From the human T2T-CHM13v2.0 reference genome, Homo sapiens, in the NCBI RefSeq assembly GCF_009914755.1, contig NC_060927.1: a DNA stretch of 64,000 nucleotides. One strand, written 5' to 3'. Positions 39,130 to 51,312 of this stretch are shown here, piece by piece (the stretch's first letter is position 1; each line of letters opens with the position of its first letter). Made by a program: the position numbers and the translations under genes. The notes beneath the pieces are model-generated. The model saw only the letters and a program-made list of their open reading frames with translations, was not told the origin of the DNA and made no database searches.

Positions 39130-40174
39130 GTTTGAGGGCCTGAAAGTGACACCTTACCTTGTATGTTGAGGTGATCCAGTAACAATGTTGCAAAATTAAC
39201 AGCAAGCCTGATGTCAAGCTGTCTGAAATTTCCTGATCACCACTGAAGAAAATGCCTAAAATCAGGGTAAGACTGAGGATCAGAATGTTTTTCTGGTGAG
39301 TTGAGGATCTATTATGAAGACTGGAGCGCTTGGAAGAAAACGAGAAAAAGGCATATTCTATGTGGTCAAAGGATTAAGTTCTACCTAGGCCCATCCTTGG
39401 CAAAATTCAAGAGTCCTTTGAAAATTTGGGGTGATTGAAATGTGTAAGGTGGAGAGGGAGCTCCCTAGATCCGCTGCCTCATCTGTGCTTCCAAATCTTC
39501 TGGATGTTCCAACATTTGAAATAAAGAGGATTTGACTGTGTAAAGATTTTGGGATGTTGAGACTAAGAAAGTTAGAATATAATAGTGCAGGGAGAAATCG
39601 ATTTGGGCCTTTCTTCTCCTTAGGAGAACAAAAACTAGAGATAATGGGTACAATTATGAGACTATTTTACAATATCCAGGGAAATCTCAGTCCTTTTGGA
39701 GTGCTATATTTTCACAGAATGGAAAAAAAAATCTTGTGGAATATATTTTCTATTGTCTTTTCAGCATATTTTAGAGATTTTTTTCAAGTTTAAAATGAAT
39801 TAAATTAAAAAACATATATTTTTAAAAAGAAAAATACATTAAGATGAATAAAGTTTAAAAATCACAATATTGAACATTCATATTCAAATTTTTCTCTATT
39901 TTTCTTCTTTTGAATAGGACTCTCAAATTAAAAATGTGACAATGTAAAACTGTAGCATCAGTGTCTAAGTCACCTCCTGAAAGGCAATAGGCCTGGAGAT
40001 AGCAATATTAGGTATTTACCATTCCTTAACACTGTCACTTTTTAGCAGGGTGTTTCATATATGGTCAGTGGATGATAAATAGGGAAAGCCTCCAGTTTTT
40101 GATATGGGGAATAAAGAGGGAACTAAAAAAGCTTTGAAAACTTCTAGGGAGCCTGTTTATCAGAAGAAAAGCAC

Positions 40175-40310
40175 CAGGAGCCACGAACATTAATTTCTGA
40201 TATGAAGTCCTTTACTGACTAGCTGCATGAGTTAGGATAAATTTCTCTACATGTTGGGAGTTGTTTCCTCAAATGTAAAATGAACAGTTTAGAACAGTAG
40301 TTTCCTAACG
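40175..40310 (+). mobile_element. MIR fragment
   Basis: actagctgcatgagttaggataaatttct...gtttcctcaaatgtaaaatg (MIR core). Confidence 0.6.
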
Positions 40311-42869
40311 TTCTCTGACTATTGCATTCCTAAAAGTAAAATGAACAAGGGGAAAATCCCAGCTAGTAAAACACATAAGACTTTCACTGTAGAATGGCAC
40401 AGCATTTCAACTTAGCAAAACGGTATTTTATGTTGTGTTGATACAGGAATGAAACTTTGGAAAAGTTCCATCAATGTAGACTGATTACATATATTAAAGC
40501 TATGAGTATGTAATAAACTATGTTTGTCCAGAAAAAAGGGAACAATTTACATCATGTGGCACAGAAGTCTGTCTCTGGCAAGATAATAAACTTCTCTGTT
40601 TCTGCTATCTAATAAAAATAGGGGGACTGAGAATTTAAGTAAATAAAGCTGAAATTAAGCAAATGCCCGTCCAGAGGCAGAAGGAGATTAAGGACTCTTT
40701 TTCATCAATATTTAATTTACTAAGACACTCTTTAGTTAAGTAACTTTCTTATACCACTTGACAGCTTGGTTCACCCTACAGTGAGCCAAGGCGATTCCTA
40801 AAATAACCACACTTATGCTACAGCATCTCATCAAGGTTTTGCCAACATGTTTTGTGTGACGTGGGAAAAGATATAGCCCTCTGTGCAAATCGTGAACCTA
40901 AATAAAGACAAAAACGTTCTTGACTTCAAAGTTCAAGCTGTGTGCATGACTCAGCCTGGTAGTGTCACAGCTTGTCAGCACTGCAACTTTTTCATTACAT
41001 GTATTTCTTTGGGCTCTGTTTTAGGAAGATATTCAATTTAAGCAAAAGAAAGTTGGAGTCCCTTCTAATCATAAAACCTAACATTGAAAATAGCCTTCAG
41101 ACCCAGAATTGCAAACACCGAGACACAACATAATTATCTGTCTTCCTTACTCTGACTGTTAGACTCAGCTGCCTCCAAAGAAAATGGAAATGATATGGTC
41201 CTGGAGGGAAAACAAAGCAAAGTCAATCATTTATCTTCCCAAATTTTCAGGACTATCCTAATTTGTATACACTTTGCATTTCTCTTGCACAGGCTGTTGT
41301 TAACCTACCTTGATATCTTACATACCTGATGAGGTGACTGAGCCTGATGCCTCTTCTCCTTGATCCTGAGACTATTTCTTCTCCTTAGGAGCATCTCATT
41401 TATTTTACCAAGGAAAAGTTAAATTTAGCAAACGGACCCTTTCACAGTTGAGAGTTCTTGCTGATCTGAGAGCCTGTCAAGGTGATTCTATGCCAACTTG
41501 GACCTGTGTGCAGTCGAAGCTTCCAGTCTTGCCAAATGTTGTGCTTATTTTGTGACAAAGATGAAAATCACAGTTGGATTTAAAAGGAGGCCGTCTAACT
41601 TATTTTATTCTTGTCTCAAGTCTCTGAATCTGTGTCTCCATGACTGAAAGCTTTGTAAATAAACAGGTGTCCACTTATCCCAATGTGAATTAAAGTTTCA
41701 TGGAGCCAGAGGGAGAGTTGATTTATTTAAAAAACGAAAAGTTATTGTAATACTTTTCTTTGGTATGTGGAAGTAATAGTTACTCTATAATTTGTTCTGT
41801 ACATATATTAACACCCATACTCGTAATGTTTTCATGGGATTTATAGTAGGTGTGTTACATAAAAGGAAATGGATTTGACAGATGAACTAGACAAGCTCAG
41901 GTCAATGTAAATAAATGTTTATGGACTGGTAAGTTTTTCAGTAAGTGCCAGAGAGAGGTCATATGATGTGTTTATGCTTTTATGTACAAGATACAAACAC
42001 AAAAATATGTATGTAAGTAAACAAAATAATATTCCCCCATTTATTATTAATGTGTCTGATATAGTAATGCACAAATACACATGCACCTTTATGCAAAATC
42101 ATATTTTCTTCTAATTAACTTATTTCCCCAAGCACCTAAGAATTACGTGTTTGAACATTAAGCATGTTAGGTACCTGCATTTACAACTACTTCAGCAAAC
42201 TAAATGCCCAGAGTGCCTAATTTACAACAGCACAATAACTTAGGCATTTAGAGATCCATTCAGTGGGATTACCTTGTTTTTACTACTAAATTTAGGTTTT
42301 GGTGATGATGTGGTATTAACTGTAAAGTCAATTTTAAGAGTTTTGAAATATATTAATATATAATATGCATAGCTACATAATATTCACACAATATAGAAAA
42401 TATCCTCTCTTGAATTATCTTAGTAATTATATTCTTGAACACATTTTAAAACCTTTATTATTTATGAATATACTCATTTTCTATGTTCATCTCATGTAGC
42501 ATATGCATAAACTTTTTATGTAGGTATTTAAGGAAATAGGCATAAGTAGGCATCTTTGTCATACATATCATTTGTTTTACAAGCATTTATATTCCCTGGT
42601 TGGAGATTTTAGGAATTTTACTACAGGATGATCAATTATTTAATTTAAATATATAAATTATTTAATTACAAATAAAACCACAGCAGGTTGTCAAAATACT
42701 TCACAAACAGAAACCAAAAAAACCCATTATGTCTGTTTTTTAAAAATACCTCAATAATTAGTCTCATGAAACTTTCATTATTTGAACATCTTAATTATTT
42801 AAATCTATAAATTAACGAATCTAATGACACAGCATTGAAATTTCACCCTAAATGTACAAAGCCACTTTA

Positions 42870-43200
42870 CTCAAGGATGTCCTAACAGCTGGGTGGCCTA
42901 AGAAGGCCTCATTCACATGTGTAGCATTTGGAAGCTGTTGGTATGGGGTCAGAGGAATGACTAGAATGCAGGTGACTTATTCCATAGTTGACTCTCTCAG
43001 GCATTCCACATGGTAGTCATAGGATTCCAATAGCAGTAAGGGTATAAACACTTTCAAGCACCTTATTGTATCGCATTTGCTATAAACCACTGACTAAAGC
43101 AAGGCGCATCACCAAGACGGGACTCAGAGTGTGAGGGGTGTATAATGGGCAAGGACTCAGGGGGGCAGAATAATCTGTGGTCTTTTCCGTAGTATTACAC
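42870..43200 (-). mobile_element. MLT1J/I-like solo LTR
   Basis: aagaaggcctcattcacatgtgtagc...catttgctataaaccactgactaaagcaaggcgcat. Confidence 0.55.
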
Positions 43201-43261
43201 AAGAGTACTAAAGGTTTACATCCTACTGAAGGAGCTACCTTTCTAAGCCATTTATTGTTTC

Positions 43262-43603
43262 TTTTATAGTTTTATCTTATTGTGCTAAGAATACTTAACA
43301 TGAGATCTACCCTGTCAACAATTTTTTTAAGTGTACAATGTATCTCTCTTGATTATAGGGAATAGGGAAACGGGAAACAGGAGAGTTACTAATTCATGGG
43401 CCTAAAGTTTTAATTAAGCAAGATGAATATACTCAAGAGATAAGTCTTGAAGAAAAAGGTCACTGGGTGAGGTGTTAAATATGTCAATCAGCTTGTTGGA
43501 AATCTTTTTGCAATATATACATAAATCAAAATGTCACATTGTATACTTTGAATGTATACAATTATTTATTTGCCAATTATACCTCAATAAAGCTTGAAAA
43601 AAA
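43262..43603 (+). mobile_element. L1MA8-10-like 3'UTR pieces (43262-43342 antisense, ~43355-43603 sense)
   Basis: Antisense acttaacatgagatctaccct...aagtgtacaat; sense piece ends ttgccaattatacctcaataaagcttgaaaaaaa. Confidence 0.7.
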
Positions 43604-43819
43604 GATAATATTCCATGTTTTGAAGAGAATGAAAATGAGCTTAAGTAGCAGCTTTATAGATATAACCAAAGTTTAAATATCAGGAAGCATAGTTAGCAAA
43701 TAGAAATGCCAGGGATGAAGTATCACAGGAGGGCAAGTGTAATGGGCTTGCCCCTTATACTTGTGAGGGATATTGGGGTGATGGGGCTCCTTAAAAGTAT
43801 TTATTGCATTATATATGCA

Positions 43820-43822
43820 TGT

Positions 43823-43865
<43 letters not shown>
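43820..43865. repeat. (TG)n microsatellite
   Basis: About 18 uninterrupted TG units plus flanking degenerate units. Confidence 0.97.
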
Positions 43866-43867
<2 letters not shown>

Positions 43868-45527
43868 CTTTCTGTTATAGCTGCAAAAAACCAATGTCCC
43901 TTCCTTACTCATACTAACCAGATACAGTATTTTCTAAATATGGTCCCTGAGCCAGGTGCAAAGGTACAGCTTGAGATGTTTGTGACAAATACAGCTTTAC
44001 AAGTCCTATTCTCGAGATTTTTGACTCAGAAACACTAGGATGGTGCTGAGTAATGCAATCTGTAATGAACATCTCAAACTCTTCTGTGAACAAGAAAGGG
44101 TATGTGGTGGTTCAAAATCAACTTTTATTCCTTAAAGAGTTAGGCACCAACAATATTTTGTATTTGTTAATTTATTTCTTCTCACGTTTCCAGGCATTTC
44201 TTCTCCTTCTAGGTGCCCAAATGTATAATGAATCCCCTCCTACAAGGAACAGAAATATTATTTATAGTTTGAAATTACTTTTCAATCTTAGAATCTCTAA
44301 TTTTTGAAAATAAAAAAACTTTGAATACCAACACTGAGAAGAATTATGAAAATGAAATCAATGGATTATCATAGTGTCCTACTTTTAAATGGATTTGCTA
44401 TTTTTGGTTTGTACCTTTCAGAGTTGTGTTTCACAAGGGGGAAAGTGATGTTTTGCTTCCAAATTCACTTTTGTGAATGGGATTTTAAGCTTGTATCCAA
44501 CTATTGTCACTATAGACATACAAAAATGTAGGTAGGTTTTGTAAACATAACACTATGGAGCACATTGCTGTATTAAAAATAGAAGTCAGATATTGTGACT
44601 TCCCGTAGAGGCTTCTTGTGACAACATAACATTTCAAGGCACTGAACTAGGTACAAAAACGAGCTGAGGAGTCTTCTTTCCTAAGGCTATCCATATGTTG
44701 GGGTAGGCTTGGATCCAGTCCTACCAAGAAGTTGGGGAACTAACTAATGAGTCCTGGTGTTTCTTCCTGCTGACAATTCTATATGCCATTATAAATCTTT
44801 CAAGATATGCGGTTCTCTAAACAGGTTTTGAACAATTAAACATTAAATTTGTAATAGAAGCAGACAGTGAGCGCTCACAATCATAATTTTCAAAATAAAA
44901 AGCTTTCCTGTCACCTTATTCACTTATCTAAATATGCAACTATAAGCATTGAAGTTTTTCAAGTAGAAACTTAGGGGTGCATGAGCTATAATCAGAGTGG
45001 GGAAGAGGCAGGAACAGATTGTCTTTAACATCAGGCAAGAGTGTTATCTTGGACTGTCTGCTCAGCCTGAGGTGCTTTGACACTTCTTTCTAGCACACCT
45101 AAAAATACTTTTTTTTTTCCCTCCTGCTGCTGCAATCACGACCTTTAAGTCAATCAAAAGAGCACACAATTTCTTTTCTGAATATATCAATGAACAGCAT
45201 CTTCAAAGACTTAACCACACTGTCCTTATTGAAAAAGAGTAAACAGCACAAAGAGTAAAACATTTTTCTCAAATCATACACACAAACATCTAAAAATAAA
45301 GGATGCATATATTTTTACAGAACTCTGTGTAAAAATTAAGACCTTAATGTTATCTGTAAAATATCAAGAAAAGCAAAGAAAATATATTTGATTCTTAGGA
45401 GAATTAATCATGAACACTAAAAAAACTAAGGAAGACTGTGTATTTTGAAGACATTATTTACCAGAAATATATATCCAACTAAATCTATGTTTTAAGCATC
45501 AAAAGGCACAAAAATTTCAAGCTTTTT

Positions 45528-45780
45528 ATGAATTCATTTATTCACTCAATATACAATTATTGAACACTTACTGTATGCTGGACTCTGTGCAAATGCTGAG
45601 AACCCAGAGACAATTCTCCAGGACTTACTAGCTAGTGGCAGAGACACATATATTAATGTCATTAAAATTATGAAAGAAAAAATACAAAGAGTGTTGATAG
45701 CAAGTTGCATGGCTATATAGTTTGAGGGTCAAGGGAAGCATAGTAGAGAAATAGACATTTGAGTTCAGATCACTCTGTGC
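45528..45780 (-). mobile_element. L2 3' end
   Basis: attcatttattcactcaatatacaattattgaacacttactgtatgctggactctgtgc. Confidence 0.7.
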
Positions 45781-45814
45781 TCTATGAAACTGAGTCACAA
45801 TTCTTTTTTCTGAG

Positions 45815-46015
45815 TTACTATCCCTTCTCTGTTCCCATAGCAAACCGTGTGTGCACATTAGCCATAATGATATGTTGGTTTTGCTGATTTGACTTCTAAC
45901 AAACACTTAAACAGGGAGTTCATGGAGAGAATGGACTATACATTCTGAGTCTTTTAAACTCCAGCACATGAAATGTAGAAAGCTGTCAATAAATGCCTAC
46001 CAAATGAATAAATGA
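45815..46015 (+). mobile_element. L2 3' end fragment
   Basis: Ends ccagcaca...tcaataaatgcctaccaaatgaataaatga. Confidence 0.5.
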
Positions 46016-46599
46016 CGTAAATGAGTACTTGCATAATATGTTTGAATATGTGTATTTTTGAATTTCTGTAAATGTGCATTTATAGATATTATTTTTTCAA
46101 CTAGCATCAAAATTCTTCTTAGGAAGGAAATACTGTTTAGGAAATTATGTTTCTTTGATGTGGAAAATGAGACCCTGAAGCTATACTGTGAAAATAAACT
46201 GCAAAAGGAAACTAATAGCTAAGCTTCTATGCTTAAAAAAAATGAAGATAAATTTGGGAGTGTGAAAGTAGAGAAAGGTGAAGTATAGAGATGGAAGTGT
46301 GAAGAAGGTAAATCACAGGTGGGGAGGCTGAAGACTAGGCAGAAAAATGACCAGGCAGAATTTTTCAGGGACAGAGTGACCAAAATTCTGCTAAATCACA
46401 AAAGTGTCTAATAAGGAATTTTAAATATTTATATTTCTGTAATGTAAAATCTCCTCTATTCCCAAGGTCCAGTAAATTCTATAATCTTATCTTTGGAAAA
46501 CACAAGTAAAATAATCTGAGTTTGATTTATGACTTAGTGCAAGGGAGAGAAAAGACAATGACCCTGAGGGATGGGGTGTAGCAAAGATTAAGGATTTAT

Positions 46600-48270
46600 C
46601 AAGAGGATTACCAGGTCTGGATATTATGAAGTTACTGGTACTGGACCAGCTATCTTACGGCAGGCAATCATAAAGCTGGGCAAAATATATGAAACAAGTT
46701 CTTTCTTTATTCATTCACAGTATAATTATTGAGCCATTTCTCTGTCTTAGACACTGTGTAAGTGCTATCAACAAGCGGCACAAGTCTCTGATCTTTAACA
46801 GAGTAAAAACTCACAAAGTAAGCCTCATGTCTCCCCTGGCCAAATCAACATTTACCGTGCATGAAGCTAAGTCAATGAAGGGCAAATACAACCTGCTCAG
46901 TTTTGATTAGAGTTTGGAACAACTGCTGTAACTGGAATGTCTGGTGCCATACACTAGAGAGAAATACATTGTGCAGAAGGAAGTATGAGAGTCCCTCACG
47001 CATCCTTGCTTGAGGACTGTGCTGCATATATACGTGACTGAATTTTCAGAAAACAGTTGCTTCTGGGTTGAGAGTGAAGTTGAGCTCATGGAGGTAAGGA
47101 GAACCGGCAGATTTTGGGGATCTAGCCCGGCCAGAGTGGAGAGAGATCGCTAACACCTTATTAAGACCTTAGGCATTCCACAGAGACACAAAAAGAGCCA
47201 ACTTATGAGTGAGGACCACACCATATAGTAAAGACTTCTCTATACTTACCTTAACAAAGTTTAAAACCAAGACTTAAAGAGATCAGTGCTTTGGAGTTTG
47301 AGACCTACCAAGTTTGAAGTGGTTGAGGAATACTGGGATTCTACAAACTGACTTTCACAAAGCATACGAAAAAGCCTGTACAATTTCAAGGTGATCATCC
47401 AGTAATTGGACTATTAGAAAAATAAAAAAAAAACAACACTTCAGAGAGAAGGTAACAGAATCTGGCGTCTCTATAATGTATTATCCACAATAGCCAGTAC
47501 ACAAGCAGAAATGTGATCCATGTTCAGGAAAAATAGCATTCAAGGAAAACTAACCCTGAAATGGCTGGGATGTTCAATTTATAAGACCAAATCTTTTTAA
47601 AAGCTTGTGTAAATATATTTTAAAAATTAAAGAAAATATAGTCAACTAATTAATGAGTGACTAGATAGGGATCTCAGCAGACAGTCAGAAACTAATAAAA
47701 GTAATCAAATCAAAATTCTAAACTCAAAGAAAATGAAATAGAAAAATTTCACTGGAGGTATTTAACAGCATATAGGAGATTGTAGAAGAGAAAATCAGAA
47801 GACTTGGAGACAAATTACTAGGAATAATCCAGTCTGTAGAATAGTGAAGAAATGGGGACAAATGAACAAAGCCTAAGGGTCAATGTCAAATAATTTATCG
47901 TACATCTGACTGGGATCCTGAAGTAAGAAAATGAGGGAGAAGGAAATAGCAAATGAAATTACATTTGACAATTTGCAAGATATACTGTAAAACACCACCT
48001 TTCACTTTAAATAATCTCAGAAAGCCTCAAGCATTAGAAATATAAAGAAAAGCGCACATAGTCCCATCATAATCCACCTGCTGAAAAGCGAGCATGGAAA
48101 AAACACCATGGAAGCAGCCAAATAAAACAGACACTTTACATATGGAAGAAAGGATGATGCAAGTTATTACTGACATCTCTTTTAGAAAGAGTAAAGGACA
48201 GAAAAAATAAAATGACCACTTTAAATTACTTTAGAAAAGAGAAAACTGTCCACTCAGATCCTACAAGTTA
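46600..48270 (+). mobile_element. Old L1M (L1ME/MD-type) 5'UTR/ORF1 remnant
   Basis: A-rich ORF1-like motifs (gaagagaaaatcagaagacttggagacaa...aaatgaacaaagcctaag); left boundary uncertain. Confidence 0.55.
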
Positions 48271-48337
48271 TTTTATATTTAAACTTCTAACTTTATTAAG
48301 TAAGAGTATTACTCACCTCAATATTTAAAAATAATTT

Positions 48338-50205
48338 TTAAAGACATTATTTAAAAAATAATTTTAGAGCAGTTTTAGGTTTACAACAAAATTGAAGAGA
48401 AGGTACAGAAGTTTCCCATATACCGCATGCCCTCACACATACATACTATCCCCCATTATCAACATATTCCACCAGAGTGGTACATTTATTACAGTTTCTG
48501 AACAAATATTGACACATCATTATCACCTAAAGTCCATAGTTGGCATTAGGGTTCACTCTTGAACTCTTAGTGTTATACATTCTATGAATTGGGACAAATG
48601 TATAACAACATATATGCACCATAATATTGCCATACAGCATATTTTAACTGTCCTAAAAATCCTCTGAACTCTACCTAGTCAACCCTTCCTGTTTCCTAAC
48701 CCCTGACAGTCACTGATCTTTTTACTTGTCCACAGTTTTGCTTTTTCCAGAAGGTAATGTAGTTGGAATCATCCAATCATATGTAGCCTTTTCAGACTGG
48801 ATTCTTTCACCTAGCAATATGAATTTAAGTTTCCTCTGTGTCACTTTATAGTTTGTTACCTCATTTCTTTTTAATACTGAATAATATCCCACTGTCTGGA
48901 TGTACCACAGTTCATTTATTATTCACCCTCTTAAGGACATCTTGGTTTCCTCCAAGTGTTGAAAATTATAAACAAAGCTGCTATAAACATCCATGTATAA
49001 CTTCTTGTGTGGACATAAATTTTCAATTCCTTTGGGTAAATACCACGGATCATGGTTGCTGTATTGTATGGCAAAAATGTGTTTTGTCATGTAAGAAGCT
49101 GCCAAACTATCTTCCAAAGTTGCTGCATAATTTTGCATTCCCACCAGCAATTAATGAGAGTTTCTGAGTTTCCACATCCTTGCCAGCATTTGGTATTGTC
49201 AGTGTTCTGAAAGGTCATCCTAACAGATTTGTAGTGGTATCTTACTGTTGTTTCAATTTGCATTTTCCTGATGACATATGATGTGGAACATTTCTTCATA
49301 TGCTTATTTGCCATCTGTATACTAACTTTGGTGAAGTGTCATTTAATGTCTTTGGCCCATTTTTTTAATTGAATTGTTTGCTTTCTTCTGAATATGTTTT
49401 AAGAGTTCTCTTTATGTTTTTAATAATAGTCCTTTGTCAGATGTGGCTTTTCCAAACATTTTATCAAAGTCTGTGGATTGTCTTCTCATTATCTTCACAT
49501 TCTCTGCTACAGAGCAAAAATTTTTGTTTTAATGAAGTCCAGGTTTTTGTATGGTGTATTTGGTGTATCTTAAAAGTCATTGCCATACCCAAGGTCATCT
49601 AGGTTTACTCTTATGTTATCTTCCAAAAGTTTTATAGTTTTGTATTATGCATTTGGGTCTATAATTCATTTTTAGTTAATTTTTGTGAAAGTTATAAGAT
49701 TTGTGTCTAGGTGTATTTTGTTTTTTGCATGTGGATGTCCAGTTGTTACAGCATCACATGTTGAAAAGACTATTTTTCTTCATCGTATTGTTTTTGCTCC
49801 TTTGTCAACTGTCAAGATTACTATAGTTATGTGGGCCTATATCTGGGCTCATTATACTTCTTTAGCCATGTATTTGTTTATTTTTTCACCACATTGTCTT
49901 GATTACTGTAGCTTTACAGTAAGCTTTGAAGTCAGGGAGTGTTAGTTCCCAACTTTTTTCTCTCTTTAAACATTGTTCGTTATTCTGGGTTTTTCTGCCT
50001 CTCCATAAAAACTTCAGAATCAGTTTGTCTATATTCACAAAATAACTTGCTCAGATTTTCATTGGAATTGCATCGAGTCTACAGATAAAGTTGGGAAAAA
50101 CTAACATCTTGATAATATAGAGTCTGCCTATTCATGAACATGGAATATCTCTAATTATTTTATTTCTTTCATCTGATATTTTAAAGCTCTTCTCATATAG
50201 ATCTT
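48338..50205 (-). mobile_element. L1MC1-like 3' end, 5'-truncated
   Basis: ttttagagcagttttaggtttacaacaaaattgaagagaaggtacagaagtttcccatatacc; peptide [28 protein letters not shown]. Confidence 0.88.
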
Positions 50206-50948
50206 ATCGTAATTCTTTTGAAAAACATGAATGTTAGTGCTGAAAATACTGCATCATTTGGATATTAAACATTCAACCAACCATTATCCTCTTATTATTT
50301 TTGCTTGTTTTTATGCTTTTGCAACTATAGATTGCTTATCAATCAAATTCATTTCCTCAGAATAAATATATAAAGATTAATTCTGAGGCCAAGGGTGAGA
50401 GTATTTTAGATTTTTATAACTAGTTCTAATTATCTCAAAGGTAGTTATACTAATGTACACTTTATTACTGTAGTGCCCAAGAAATCATTTTAATATACTT
50501 TGCTAATATCAGAGGCTCTCATTTAAGAAATAATCTATATCAATTATAGAAGTGAACAATTACATCTTTGCTTACATTAGCATATATTAATTATTCAGAA
50601 TAATTTACATTTTTCATATGTTTATTGCTGTTGTATTTCTTGTTTTGCTAATATTCTATTGACATGAATCAGATAGTCTTAATTGTGCACAAGCCAAAGA
50701 AGAAAGGCGTTCATATGGTTAGGGCTCTTTATACGATACTTTATTTCACAAGCATCGGTATTTATTAATATTTGTAAATTAAAAATGTCAAGTATGGTTG
50801 TGCTATGTCAGTGGTCAATAGTTATTATTTACTATTATCTTTTTCAAGTCCTTAGTTAATAAGAACATTATGGGTTGTTCAAGACTATAATAAACACAAA
50901 ATTAGTCTTTGTACAAACTGAAATCTGCCTTTAAAACATCCCTCATGA

Positions 50949-51312
50949 GGCCAGGGGCCGTGGCTCACGCTTGTAATCACGGCATTTTGTGATTGTCTTG
51001 TTAGATAAACTTTGGGAAGCCGAGGGGAGTTGATCGCCTGAGGTCAGGAGTTCGAGACAAGCCTGGCCAACGTGGTGAGACCCCGTATCTACTAAAAATA
51101 CAAAAAAAATTAGCCAGGCGTGGTGGTGGGCGCCTGTAATCCCAGAAACTTTGGAGGCTGGGACAGGAAAATCTCCTGAATCCATGAGGCAGAGGTTGCA
51201 GTGAGCTGAGATCCCATGAGGCAGAGAGGTTGCAGTGAGCTGAGATCGTACCACTGCACTCCAGCCTGGGCAACAGGGCTAGACTCCATCTCAGACAAAC
51301 AAACAGACAAAC
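50949..51312 (+). mobile_element. AluS with a ~24-bp foreign insertion in the left arm and a 32/34-bp tandem duplication in the right arm
   Basis: Alu consensus blocks; TSD aaaacatccctcatga (50933-48) / aaaacattccccatgg (51313-28). Confidence 0.93.

Noticed and set aside
29860-41935. Other donor-like sites (30153, 36426, 39296, 41929)
   Set aside because: None has a matching strong acceptor at exon-like distance comparable to 34939-35073.
46355-46391. 10-bp inverted repeat gcagaatttt/aaaattctgc
   Set aside because: Short, AT-rich, with a 17-nt spacer; expected by chance in 64 kb.
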